Shown piece by piece: positions 30,308 to 40,300 of a DNA stretch of 64,000 nt. Location of the stretch: contig CALVID010000002.1 of assembly GCA_944329355.1 (NCBI GenBank), positions 2,928 to 66,927 on the forward strand, read 5' to 3'. Numbering within the stretch: position 1 is the stretch's first letter; each line of letters starts with the position of its first letter. The position numbers and the translations under genes are program-made. The notes beneath the pieces were generated by a model that was not told the DNA's origin, made no database searches, and saw only the letters and a program-made list of their open reading frames with translations. The stretch is from an uncultured Bacilli bacterium (GTDB lineage Bacteria; Bacillota_I; Bacilli_A; RF39; UBA660).

Positions 30308-31165
30308 TTATTTATATCTTTGTGATAATACTTGTTTTTTAGCTAAAACCCAGTCATAGTTTTCACTTATAATTACTGAATCGCAATATGGACACTTGCT
30401 TGAATTAACATTTTCTAATGGTGCATTACAGTTTGGACATTTATTTGGTTTTTCACTTATTCCTTTGTTAAATGTCATAGCATAGTTATAGATAACTTTT
30501 CTTTTATCTGTTCCTCTTACTACTTTGTTATTTTTATCTACTATGTAATCATAACATTCTACTTGCATGATTACTGTTAAAGATATTATGTTATCTTTTA
30601 TTTCCATACCTCTTATGTTAAAGCCTAGCAAGTTAAAGTCTTTCATAATGTTTGTCTGTTTTTTGACTGATAATGTTGTTAACTGTGATTTATACATATT
30701 ATACATTTCATCAGTTACTGACTTTCTCATGTTATCATAGTCAAAATTCATCCATGCAATTTGAACTTTTTGATATATGTTATATGCTTCTTGTTTAAAC
30801 TCTTTTTCAGTAAAATTTGGTAATATTTCTTTTAATTTATTTATGTCATATGGTTTTAAATTATTTAAGAATGTTCTTGGCATTGTGTTTCCTTGCTTTT
30901 TAGAATTTATAATTGCAATAGCGACAAGTATAAGCATAACTGTTAATGGCACAAAAACTACTATTGGGCTTGATGATCCACTGGAATAACTTCCTCCATA
31001 ATATGATCCACCAGAGCTACTCCAGCTTGAACCTGAAAATCCTCCTGATGATCCGCCAGAATAACTACCATCAAATCCTGAATCAGCACCTGGGTGATAA
31101 AATGGCATTAGGGTTATAAAGGCAATTACAAATATAATTAGAATGTTTTTTAACTTTTTATTCAT
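30308..31165 (-). CDS. Tim44-like domain membrane protein with C-terminal zinc ribbon (YdjG/H-like)
   Basis: Signal/TM segment, a Gly/Ser-rich region, a second TM helix, a Tim44-like region (FTEKEFKQEAYNIYQKVQIAWMNFDYDNMRK) and CPNCNAPLENVNSSKCPYC. Confidence 0.5.
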   Translation of the reverse strand: MNKKLKNILIIFVIAFITLMPFYHPGADSGFDGSYSGGSSGGFSGSSWSSSGGSYYGGSYSSGSSSPIVVFVPLTVMLILVAIAIINSKKQGNTMPRTFLNNLKPYDINKLKEILPNFTEKEFKQEAYNIYQKVQIAWMNFDYDNMRKSVTDEMYNMYKSQLTTLSVKKQTNIMKDFNLLGFNIRGMEIKDNIISLTVIMQVECYDYIVDKNNKVVRGTDKRKVIYNYAMTFNKGISEKPNKCPNCNAPLENVNSSKCPYCDSVIISENYDWVLAKKQVLSQRYK

Positions 31166-31168
31166 ATA

Positions 31169-31705
31169 TTACTCCTTTATATCAATGGATTTTAAAACCC
31201 AGTCTTTGTCTTCTAGATTATAAATTGTTCCGCAGTATTCACATTTACCATTTGCATTTACGTCAATTGAAGCTCCGCATCCTGGACATTTTCTAACTGT
31301 TTTTGATTTTTCATAATTTATTTTTTTAGTGAATACTAGGTGGTTGTTTTTTTCTGTTCTAATATCTGTATCTCCACTAACATAGTTACCATCTTCATCC
31401 ATTAAATAATCTAAATATCTAGATAATATATTTACTTCTATTATCATGTTTTCGTTATCTACTTTATAACTTAAAATATCTGTCTGGGCAACATTTATCT
31501 CATCATACATTTGAATTAAATGTTTTTTATTTAACTCATCTAATTTGTCTTGATATTTATTATAGACTTCATCTGATACAAAATGTTTTATGTTTTCTAA
31601 CTCTTTAGTTACTAGGGCTAGATGAAGTTGGATAAAAACATTATCGGCATATGTTTTGAATTTTGCTTCGGTAAATTCTGGTTCATATTTTAATATTTCA
31701 TCCAT
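31169..31705 (-). CDS. Tim44-like domain protein with C-terminal zinc ribbon
   Basis: FTEAKFKTYADNVFIQLHLALVTKELENIKHFVSDEVYNKY is similar to the neighbouring gene's domain, plus CPGCGASIDVNANGKCEYCG. Confidence 0.45.
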   Translation of the reverse strand: MDEILKYEPEFTEAKFKTYADNVFIQLHLALVTKELENIKHFVSDEVYNKYQDKLDELNKKHLIQMYDEINVAQTDILSYKVDNENMIIEVNILSRYLDYLMDEDGNYVSGDTDIRTEKNNHLVFTKKINYEKSKTVRKCPGCGASIDVNANGKCEYCGTIYNLEDKDWVLKSIDIKE

Positions 31706-32847
31706 TATTTAGCTTCCTTACCGCAATTACTGCAAAATTTACCTGTTAATTTAGCTCCGCAATTACTACAGAATTTAGGGGCTGTTTCGGTATTTTGATT
31801 TGTTGATACTGCTCCTACTGTAGGCTGATTTGCTGGCTGATTTACGTTTTGGGCTTGCATGTTTTGATTAACGGCATTAATCATTGTAGCTCCTGCTTGA
31901 TTGGCCATTCCCATTCCCATAAATCCCATCATAGATCCGCCTTCATTTGCTGCGGCATTTTCCATAGCTTCAGCTGAAGCGCTGGCCATTAAACCTGACT
32001 GCAAAGTTGGATCTGAAAATATTTTAGCATCATCAATTCTAGATACTCTTTTCATTGATTCATCTGTTAGGTTGATGTCTCCCATGGCAACGTCGGTAAT
32101 TTCTAAACCATATTGTTTTTTCCATGAATCATCTAGGCATTTGTTCATTTCATCAGAAATATCACTACCATAAAGTCCCATATCTCCAAATGAAACTTTT
32201 TTATTTCTCATGACATTTGAAATTGCTAGTGTTACTTTTTCTACGAATTTTGCTTTTAATTGACTTCCTACTACTTCATCAAAAGTAATTGTATCTTTTG
32301 GATTTGTACCGATTACTTCGGCTACTAAAAGTGCTGGATCTACTACTCTAACAGCATATTCTCCAAAAAATGTTACTTCTAGTGTTCCGTATTTTTCATC
32401 AGTTATTTTTTTGGGTTGTGGACTACCAAATTTATTTCCCATGATTATTTTTGTGTTAACGTAATATACTCTTTGATCGTGGGCAGGCTGTCCACCATAT
32501 GTGATACGTCTTCCAATTGTTTTTATAGTATCTTTTATTCCTTTAAAAAATCCTCCATCAAATACTGTTGGTTCTGTACTTTGTTCATAGGTGTAAATTC
32601 CTGGCTCTGCTGAAAAATCTGCGATAGCACCATTATCTACTATCATCATAGCCATTCCTTCTGGAACTACTATTTGACTTCCTTTTGTTATTATTCCTTC
32701 ACTTGGATTTTTATTTCCTTCTCCATGTTTTATAATACCTCTTTGTATTAAAACATTATCGCCTGTTTCTGGGCATTCTATAAACTCTTTAAATTGATCT
32801 CCAAATCCAGATGAAACTGAACTTGTTACGGCTTTTATTAATCCCAT
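31705..32847 (-). CDS. SPFH/band-7-like protein with C-terminal double zinc ribbon (YdjI-like)
   Basis: The N-terminus MGLIKAVTSSVSSGFGDQFKEFIECPE and overall layout resemble Bacillus YdjI (COG4260). The C-terminus has FCSNCGAKLTGKFCSNCG. Assignment is from memory of the family. Confidence 0.55.
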   Translation of the reverse strand: MGLIKAVTSSVSSGFGDQFKEFIECPETGDNVLIQRGIIKHGEGNKNPSEGIITKGSQIVVPEGMAMMIVDNGAIADFSAEPGIYTYEQSTEPTVFDGGFFKGIKDTIKTIGRRITYGGQPAHDQRVYYVNTKIIMGNKFGSPQPKKITDEKYGTLEVTFFGEYAVRVVDPALLVAEVIGTNPKDTITFDEVVGSQLKAKFVEKVTLAISNVMRNKKVSFGDMGLYGSDISDEMNKCLDDSWKKQYGLEITDVAMGDINLTDESMKRVSRIDDAKIFSDPTLQSGLMASASAEAMENAAANEGGSMMGFMGMGMANQAGATMINAVNQNMQAQNVNQPANQPTVGAVSTNQNTETAPKFCSNCGAKLTGKFCSNCGKEAK

Positions 32848-32907
32848 TTATTTCACTCTCCTTTATTTTAATTATATACTATTAGATATTTTATAGCAAG
32901 AAAAAAA

Positions 32908-33422
32908 TCAATGGCTATGTTGATTGATTCTTTTCTTTTGCTTAATAATTTGCTTTCTTCGGTGATTATAAAAATCATATTGTTTTTTATTTTCTTCTTC
33001 TTTTTCTTCGACATATTTTTGATATATTTGATTCATTTTTTCTAAATCATCTTCGCTTCTAGGTGGGAGTTTTTGAAATAAATGGTCTTGGTAACAAGCA
33101 TTTATAATGTCAAGAGAGATACTGCCGATAAAAGATTTAACAAATTCTTTTAAATCGGATCAAGGATATAATATAAAATATTCATCATATGCACCATCTT
33201 CTTTATATACTTCAACTGGATATCCATAATTATCATAATCATAAGCTCGGTCCCATATTTTTGTGGCTTCGATATTTTGTTTTGCTAAATTTTCTTTAAG
33301 GGTTTTCCAAAACCTATTAATATCAATATAATCTATTATATATCTGTTTTCATTTTCTATTATAAGTGATAGTGTTAAGTGAACGAGAGTATCCGCATAT
33401 ATATTAAAAGGTTTTTCTCCAT
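32908..33422 (-). pseudogene. disrupted ORF (5' frameshift plus in-frame TGA), function unknown
   Basis: RBS AAGGAAG and ATG 33422 open a frame that stops after 15 codons. The adjacent frame runs about 170 codons (GEKPFNIYADTLVHL...ILYP*SDLKEFVKSF...) with a single in-frame TGA at 33160-33162. Confidence 0.5.
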
Positions 33423-33469
33423 AATCTCAACTTCCTTGTATAAAAATTTACCATTTATATATATTTATT

Positions 33470-34000
33470 TCAACTGTTTTCATCTTCGGTTATAGCTTTA
33501 TCTAAAATATTTAGTAATCTATTTTGATTATTGATTAATATTTCTACTTTATGGTGTAAGTCCTCTAGTAATAATTCGCTTTTTAAATCTATTTTATAAT
33601 CATTTTGATTTCTTAAACTATCTTTTTTTGATGCCCTATTTTGACTCATCATGATTATTGGTGCTTGCAGGGCAGAGATACATGATAGAATTAAATTTAA
33701 TAAGATATAAGGATAAGGGTCTATTTCATTTTCTTTTAATATAAAAGAATTTATAAACATCCAGCCTATTAAAAATATGATAGAAATAAAAATAAATGAC
33801 CAGCTTCCTGCTATTTCTGATATTTTGTCTGCTGCTTTTTCGGCTTTTGTTAGATTTTTTTCTTCTTCTTTATCAACATCTATTGCTATAGAAGTGTCGG
33901 CTAATAAATCCATAATATCATCTTTCTCTTCTTTTTCTAGATTTTGATTTAGTATCATTCTAACTATTTTTCTTTTATCTTTTTTTGTCATAATGTTCAC
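33470..34000 (-). CDS. DUF1003-family membrane protein
   Basis: GSWSFIFISIIFLIGWMFINS...DPYPYILLNLILSCISALQAPIIMMSQNR matches the conserved DUF1003 core. Confidence 0.7.
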   Translation of the reverse strand: MNIMTKKDKRKIVRMILNQNLEKEEKDDIMDLLADTSIAIDVDKEEEKNLTKAEKAADKISEIAGSWSFIFISIIFLIGWMFINSFILKENEIDPYPYILLNLILSCISALQAPIIMMSQNRASKKDSLRNQNDYKIDLKSELLLEDLHHKVEILINNQNRLLNILDKAITEDENS

Positions 34001-34028
34001 CTTGGTTTTATTATGGTGATTTTTATTG

Positions 34029-37000
34029 TTAATTAATCAGAGTTTCATTTAAATCTATTAATTTTTCATCTAATATAGAATATAAATATATTTTGGTTTG
34101 TTTATTTGTGATATTTTCAATATATTTTTTGTAACCGTTTAACTGTTTTAAATATGCTTCATCTTTTGTATGCTTTAATTTATAATCCACAATAATATTT
34201 TCTTTTTCTTTGATTAAGAGTAAATCGATTATACCGTGCTTCTCTTCTTTTTCTTCTTCATATATGAATTCATATTCTTTATAAATTTCTTTTGAACCTT
34301 CTAATATACCTGCACTTATAAATGACAAAATTTTTCTTTTTTCAAAGTCGGTTAAGTTATTTAAATTTGGATTTTTAAAATCTATATTTTCTAAAATACT
34401 GTGCATTTTTAAACCTAATTCTATATTTTGTTTTTCTTCTTTGGTATATATTTCATGGGTATTTTTTGAAAAATGTGTTTTCTTTATTTCTTCTTTTTCA
34501 ATATTTAATTCGTCTACTTTTAATGGTTTTACTGTGGAAAAAGTGCTTTTTAACATTTCTTTTTTTGATAAATTATATTCTTTAGTTAGATTTAATGTGG
34601 ATAAGTCTATATTTATTATATATTTTTTTAAACTTAAATAGACTGAATTTAATATATCTATAAAGGATGAATATTTTAATCTTATGCTGTCATCTACTAT
34701 ACCACTATCTTTTATAATTGGCTTTTCTTCTAAATTTGTTACTAATATTATTTTTTCTCTAGCTCTTGTTAGGGCGACATAAAATAATCTTATTTTTTCG
34801 GATATTTCTTCTTTTAAATAATTATATTTTAATAGTGTTTTTAATATTGTGGATTTTGGACCATTATCATAATATGGCAATATTAATCCATATTTTTCTT
34901 CAAAGTAAAAGAGATTTTTTAAATCGTCAAGGTTGAATTTTTTACTTAAGGAGCTAAAATAACATATTGGAAATTCTAATCCTTTTGAAGCGTGGATGGT
35001 CATTATTTTAACGGAATTTGAATTTTCTTTATTAATGGCTAAAGTTATATTTAATTTTTCTTCTAATACTTCATTTAAATATTCGTAAAAGTCTTCTATT
35101 TTGTAACCTAATTTATCACAGTTTTGGGCAACTTTTATTAAGGAGTCTATAATAGTTATTCTATTATTTATATCGCCTATTTTAATCATTTTTTGATATA
35201 TGTCAAAAACATCTATTATTTCTCTTATTAATATTTCATTTGTTTTTTGGTTTATGTCTTGTTTTAATGTATTAATGTTTTTTATTATTTCTGTATTTTG
35301 ATAGTCATTTTTTGTAATGTGATTTAATATTTCATCATCTTTATATTCAAATATATAACTTCTGGCTAGTGAGGTGAAAGAGTATTTGAATCTTTCATCT
35401 ATTTTATTTGATAAAATTAAATTATATATGTGTTTGATGATTATTATTTCATCTGAAGTATTTATGGCTTTGTCTTTATATATGGTTATTGGAATGTTTA
35501 AATATTCAAATATTTTTTTATATAAATCAAATTTAGATGATCTATCTATTAGTATGGCACAGTCTTTATATTCTAAATTTTTCTTTTTATTTGTTTCTTT
35601 ATCCATTATTTGAAATTTATTTTCTATTTTTTGTTTTATGTCTTTTGCTATAGTGAATATTTCTATTTCATCTGCACTATAGGTTTTGTCTTCTTTGTTT
35701 TGATAGTTTAATACTTCTATGTTATAGTTTTCTTTATTTATTTCATTATAGGCTATATTTCCATATACCATTTGGTGAGAGTCTATATAATCTGCTCCTC
35801 CTATGTCTGAATCCATTATTTGATTAAACATTTCGTTTATGTTGTCTAATACTTCTTTTCTTGAACGGAAGTTTTTGTTTAAATCTATTTTATATCCGCC
35901 TTTATTTTTACTATATGATTCGTATTTTGTTTTGAATAACTTTGGATTTGTATGTCTAAAACGGTAAATGGACTGTTTAATATCTCCTACCATATATACA
36001 TTGTTATTTTCAATATAGGAAATGAATGTTTCTTGTATATCATTTGTATCTTGATATTCGTCTATTAATATTTCTTTATATTTTTCTTTTAAGTTTTTTC
36101 TGATATCTTCGTTTTCTTTTAATAAATTGATGGCCATACGGGCTATATCGATAAATTCGTAGACGTTTTTTTCTTTTTTATATTCATTTAATTTTTTATC
36201 TAACTTTAATATTATGTCTATAATTACTTCTGCATAATCTTTTGTTTTATTTATACTTTCTTTTATTTCATAAATAGTTTCATATTTTGTTAATTCTTTT
36301 AATTCATTTATGAGATTTGATATTTCTTTTTTTGTGTTTTTGGCTTCTTCTTCCATTCCTTTTGGTAGATTAGGAAGTCTTTCTGGAAATCTTGTTTTTA
36401 TTTCTTCATAGGTTTTGGCATTTAATAAATTACTTAATGTACTTTCTAATTTTTCTATATAATTTCCATCTACATAATAACTTAATGTTTTAATGGTATT
36501 TTTAATGCTTTTTTGTTTTTCTCTTATTAGATTTTGATATTCTTCTAGATATTCTTTTATTTTGTTTTCGTTATAGTAATTTTCTATGTAGGAATTTAAA
36601 TATTCTTTTTTGTTATAAAGATTATCTAGACTTTCATTTAGTTTTAAAATGTTTTTTATTATTTTTTTATCGTCTTTTAAAGTAAAATCGGTGATTAATT
36701 TTAAAAACTTGCGGTTTTTAGTTCTATAGTTTTCTTCAAATATTTTATTAATTATATGTTTTTTTTCTAATGATATTATGCTGGAATCTACTATTGATAG
36801 TTTGCTTGATATGTTTAGTTTATGACTATATGTTTTTATTAATTTTAGGGCATAGGCATCAAAGGTGGTGATGTCTGCTGTATCTACTTTGTTTATTTCT
36901 TTGGTTATATTTTCTTTTATTATTTTTTTTCTTATTCTATCTTTCATCTCGGCAGCGGCGGCATTTGTGAATGTTAAGATTAATAAATTATCTAAACTAA

Positions 37001-37142
37001 TGTCTTCTTTTAATTTTGTTATTACTCTTTCTGATAAAACGGCGGTTTTCCCTGATCCTGCTCCGGCTGATACTATGATATTTTCTCCTGTTTTATTTAT
37101 GGCAAGGGTTTGTTCTTTTGTCCAGTTAGGCATTTTCTTCAC
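34029..37142 (-). CDS. addA: ATP-dependent helicase/nuclease subunit A (AddA/RexA)
   Basis: WTKEQTLAINKTGENIIVSAGAGSGKTAVL (UvrD motif I), ILIDEYQDTN, GDIKQSIYRFR, YVALTRAREK, and a C-terminal RecB-type nuclease region (GIIDLL...VDYK). Overlaps addB. Confidence 0.9.
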   Translation of the reverse strand: MKKMPNWTKEQTLAINKTGENIIVSAGAGSGKTAVLSERVITKLKEDISLDNLLILTFTNAAAAEMKDRIRKKIIKENITKEINKVDTADITTFDAYALKLIKTYSHKLNISSKLSIVDSSIISLEKKHIINKIFEENYRTKNRKFLKLITDFTLKDDKKIIKNILKLNESLDNLYNKKEYLNSYIENYYNENKIKEYLEEYQNLIREKQKSIKNTIKTLSYYVDGNYIEKLESTLSNLLNAKTYEEIKTRFPERLPNLPKGMEEEAKNTKKEISNLINELKELTKYETIYEIKESINKTKDYAEVIIDIILKLDKKLNEYKKEKNVYEFIDIARMAINLLKENEDIRKNLKEKYKEILIDEYQDTNDIQETFISYIENNNVYMVGDIKQSIYRFRHTNPKLFKTKYESYSKNKGGYKIDLNKNFRSRKEVLDNINEMFNQIMDSDIGGADYIDSHQMVYGNIAYNEINKENYNIEVLNYQNKEDKTYSADEIEIFTIAKDIKQKIENKFQIMDKETNKKKNLEYKDCAILIDRSSKFDLYKKIFEYLNIPITIYKDKAINTSDEIIIIKHIYNLILSNKIDERFKYSFTSLARSYIFEYKDDEILNHITKNDYQNTEIIKNINTLKQDINQKTNEILIREIIDVFDIYQKMIKIGDINNRITIIDSLIKVAQNCDKLGYKIEDFYEYLNEVLEEKLNITLAINKENSNSVKIMTIHASKGLEFPICYFSSLSKKFNLDDLKNLFYFEEKYGLILPYYDNGPKSTILKTLLKYNYLKEEISEKIRLFYVALTRAREKIILVTNLEEKPIIKDSGIVDDSIRLKYSSFIDILNSVYLSLKKYIINIDLSTLNLTKEYNLSKKEMLKSTFSTVKPLKVDELNIEKEEIKKTHFSKNTHEIYTKEEKQNIELGLKMHSILENIDFKNPNLNNLTDFEKRKILSFISAGILEGSKEIYKEYEFIYEEEKEEKHGIIDLLLIKEKENIIVDYKLKHTKDEAYLKQLNGYKKYIENITNKQTKIYLYSILDEKLIDLNETLIN

Positions 37143-39429
37143 CTCCTATGATGTCTTTAAATTTGGTGTTTTTTAAATCTTTAATGTCTTCTTCTTTGTA
37201 ATAACATATATCTTTGAATGGGCAAAATTCACAGCTTATGTTTTTGTTATCTATTCTTTTTGGGGTTACATTGAAATTTGTATTTAATATGTTATCTATT
37301 GTTTTATTTATGTTATCTTCGGTTATTTCTTCTAGTTTTTTTATTTCTTCTTTATCTATTATTTTTGAATATGCGTAGAATCCTTTTTGGGTGGTTTTTA
37401 GCGCATTGATAATAAGACTATTTTGATATGTTTCATCTATTTTTTCTATAATACTTTCATCATTTACTGTATAACCTTTTAATTTTAAACTATCTTTTGT
37501 ATCTTTTTTGCTGTCTTTGCTATCTAACTGGTTTTCTGTTAATATTTGCTGAAGATAAAAACCGTTTACTTGATAGTTTTTGCCTAAACCTTTTTGAACT
37601 AGATATATGTATGTGGGTAGTTGCATATTTAATCCGTAGTTTATGTTATCTAGTGTGGCGGAAACGTTTCCTGTTTTGTAATCTATTATGATAACATTTA
37701 TTTGATTTTCTTCATGATAATTTATTTTATCTATTATTCCTTTGAATGTTATTTTGATGTCTTTTGATTTATCTATTTCTATTTGTTTTTCTGTTAGATG
37801 TTTATTATATTGGCTTTTGCTTTCTTGCCATTTTATTATGTTAATATCTTCTTTTAGTGTTTCATATAGTTTTTCTATGTAAAATTCTTCTTTGGGTGTT
37901 AGTGACTTATCTTTTAAATAGCCATAATACTCTTTTTCTAAATTAAATTTTTCATCATATATCTGCGATAATACATGGTGAAATAAATTACCTATTAATA
38001 GTGGAAATGTATCTTCGTATGGTTCTAGTTTTAGTATATGTTTAATGTAAAATTTAAATGGACATAATGCATAATTGTTTAAACTTGTATATGATAAGGT
38101 TAAATTATTATTTATGTATTCTTTTAAATTTTGAGGGCTTATTTTTGTATATTTATTTGAATATTCATTATATGGTATATTTGGATATGTACTATATAAT
38201 GAATTTAATAAATCACTTTTTTCGTTATAATTATAATAATTATCTAACATTATTCCTAATTTTAATTTATTATAATCATTTGAGTAATTATACGTTATTT
38301 GGTTTTCTTTTTCTATTTTTAGATTTAACTTTTCTATGATTGATGATGGATAATATGTATTAAATGTGTCTTTTTGTTTATATGATAGGGTTAAATTGGG
38401 AAATGTTTTGATTATATATTTGAGGTTTTCTTTTTCTATTTCGTTTTTTTGAAGTGATGTTAATAGTCCTAGTGGCTCTTTTTCTTTGTCTAAAATTATA
38501 TCGTCATCTTTATATATATGTGGAATAACTGTTTGATTTAATCCTAATATGTAATAGTGTTTTGTTTTATCGGTTATTTCGTTTATATCTATTATTTTTA
38601 TAACGTTTTTTATTTCTGCATTACTTACAGTTATATTTTTTAAGCTGTTTTCTATTATTTCTAGGGAAATATTATCTATTTGGGGAAATGAAAGTGTATT
38701 GATAATATCTATAATTTGGTTTTTTAATTCTGCACTTGGAATATGCTCTAATGATTTATTTATGTCTTTGGTCTTTTTTATGTTTTTTATAAATGTTTGC
38801 ACTAAGGGAGTGCTATAAAGGGAATTTTTTTTATTAAAGGAGAAAGGCACTTTGAATAGATTAAATATTCTTATTAATTCACTTTTATATTCTTCGGTAA
38901 TTCCTGATATATATATATCGTTGATGTTTACTTTTTCTTCTTTTATTTTTTTTATTATATCTATGGCTACATAGGTGATTTCGTCTGTTTGAGATACAAA
39001 TTCATGAACTATGGGTTCTAGTGTGCCTGAGTTTTGATTTATTATTTGTAAATTGTATTTGTTTAGATCTTTTAAAATATATGGATCTATATCACTATAA
39101 CCTATAACTTTTATATTTTTTAAATTGTTTTTAAAATATGGATTTGTTTCTATTAAGTTTTCTTTTTTTAAAACATCAAAATATGGTTTTATAGTTTTAC
39201 TATTTATAAATATGTTATCTAGATAGTTTTTAGCAACTTCATAGTTTAGGTTATATTTTTGCATAATAAAATAAAGAGCTTCTTTTTTGCTTTTTCCATA
39301 GTAGTTTTGTATAAACTCTTTTTTATTCATTATTTTTATATTTATTAGTTTTTTTTCTTTGGATAATTTTTTTAGTATTTCTTTTTTTATATAATTAGGA
39401 GCAATTATTAATCCTTCTTTTATTTGCAT
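37126..39429 (-). CDS. addB: ATP-dependent helicase/nuclease subunit B (AddB/RexB)
   Basis: Lies upstream of and overlaps addA. The C-terminal nuclease/Fe-S region has ALCPFKFYIKHIL...IIDYKTG...CEFCPFKDICY. The N-terminal helicase-like domain is degenerate. Confidence 0.8.
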   Translation of the reverse strand: MQIKEGLIIAPNYIKKEILKKLSKEKKLINIKIMNKKEFIQNYYGKSKKEALYFIMQKYNLNYEVAKNYLDNIFINSKTIKPYFDVLKKENLIETNPYFKNNLKNIKVIGYSDIDPYILKDLNKYNLQIINQNSGTLEPIVHEFVSQTDEITYVAIDIIKKIKEEKVNINDIYISGITEEYKSELIRIFNLFKVPFSFNKKNSLYSTPLVQTFIKNIKKTKDINKSLEHIPSAELKNQIIDIINTLSFPQIDNISLEIIENSLKNITVSNAEIKNVIKIIDINEITDKTKHYYILGLNQTVIPHIYKDDDIILDKEKEPLGLLTSLQKNEIEKENLKYIIKTFPNLTLSYKQKDTFNTYYPSSIIEKLNLKIEKENQITYNYSNDYNKLKLGIMLDNYYNYNEKSDLLNSLYSTYPNIPYNEYSNKYTKISPQNLKEYINNNLTLSYTSLNNYALCPFKFYIKHILKLEPYEDTFPLLIGNLFHHVLSQIYDEKFNLEKEYYGYLKDKSLTPKEEFYIEKLYETLKEDINIIKWQESKSQYNKHLTEKQIEIDKSKDIKITFKGIIDKINYHEENQINVIIIDYKTGNVSATLDNINYGLNMQLPTYIYLVQKGLGKNYQVNGFYLQQILTENQLDSKDSKKDTKDSLKLKGYTVNDESIIEKIDETYQNSLIINALKTTQKGFYAYSKIIDKEEIKKLEEITEDNINKTIDNILNTNFNVTPKRIDNKNISCEFCPFKDICYYKEEDIKDLKNTKFKDIIGGEENA

Positions 39430-39479
39430 ATCATCACTTCCTAATTAATTATAACATCTATTTTTCTTATTTTGGACAT

Positions 39480-39656
39480 TTATAATAGTTTTTTATCTAA
39501 AACAATTTCTAACTCTTTAATTCTTTTTTTAATATATTGAGAAAGTTCTTTATGAAATTTATCACCATATTTATAGCTTTCATTTTCATTTTTAAATTTT
39601 ATTTTTCTAACTTTATCAAAATGTTCCTTGTGTTTTTTCATTATATCTTCCATCAT
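39480..39656 (-). CDS. small hypothetical protein (58 aa)
   Basis: MMEDIMKKHKEHFDKVRKIKFKNENESYKYGDKFHKELSQYIKKRIKELEIVLDKKLL. RBS GAGGA lies upstream. Located between addB and the distal end of the CRISPR array, and below the size cut-off of the ORF track. Confidence 0.3.
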   Translation of the reverse strand: MMEDIMKKHKEHFDKVRKIKFKNENESYKYGDKFHKELSQYIKKRIKELEIVLDKKLL

Positions 39657-39799
39657 ATTTTTCCTCTGTTTAAATAATAATACATTTTTATAAATTTTCT
39701 TTCAATATAATTAGAGGGATTAAATAAAATTGACTAATTTATTTAAACTGTGCATATTATTGTGAGTGAATGTGGTCATTCCAAATTACTGGCGTGGTC

Positions 39800-40299
39800 A
39801 TATTCCCTATTTTAAAAATAACATAGATCTAAAACAAAGAAAAGCATTTCTGAAGTAAAATCAAAGTTTTAGTACTATTTAAGATGACATAGATCTAAAA
39901 CTATTAACAGGATGAAACCTTTTTCCGTAGTCGTTTTAGTACTATTTAAGATGACATAGATCTAAAACAAAGAAGATAATAATGAATTATTATTTGGATG
40001 TTTTAGTACTATTTAAGATGACATAGATCTAAAACTCTAGGTAGTTAATTACTACCATGAGAGAAGTTTTAGTACTATTTAAGATGACATAGATCTAAAA
40101 CTAAGTACCACATTAATACTTAAATCATTTAGTTTTAGTACTATTTAAGATGACATAGATCTAAAACAGTAAATGAATGGCAATTACAGAGATTAAAGTT
40201 TTAGTACTATTTAAGATGACATAGATCTAAAACTGTTGATGGAGTTACTACATCATTTACTTTGTTTTAGTACTATTTAAGATGACATAGATCTAAAAC
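39800..40299 (-). CRISPR. CRISPR array, leader-distal block: 1 degenerate terminal repeat + 7 perfect 36-bp repeats, 7 spacers of 30-31 bp
   Basis: Repeat on the + strand is GTTTTAGTACTATTTAAGATGACATAGATCTAAAAC, starting at 39866, 39933, 40000, 40066, 40132, 40198 and 40264. The degenerate copy at about 39800-39835 keeps only ACATAGATCTAAAAC intact. On the transcribed (minus) strand the repeat reads GTTTTAGATCTATGTCATCTTAAATAGTACTAAAAC, the typical II-A form. Confidence 0.97.
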
Positions 40300-40300
40300 T

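Noticed and set aside
33160-33162. The in-frame TGA in an otherwise coherent frame (…ILYP-TGA-SDLKEF…) raised the possibility of genetic code 4 (TGA = Trp).
   Set aside because: TGA is used as a genuine stop by confident genes in this window (cas2 at 44668-44670; the methyltransferase at 2858-2860). Very long ORFs (cas9, addA, secA) contain no internal TGA. The same ORF also has a frameshift at its 5' end, so a pseudogene is the simpler explanation.
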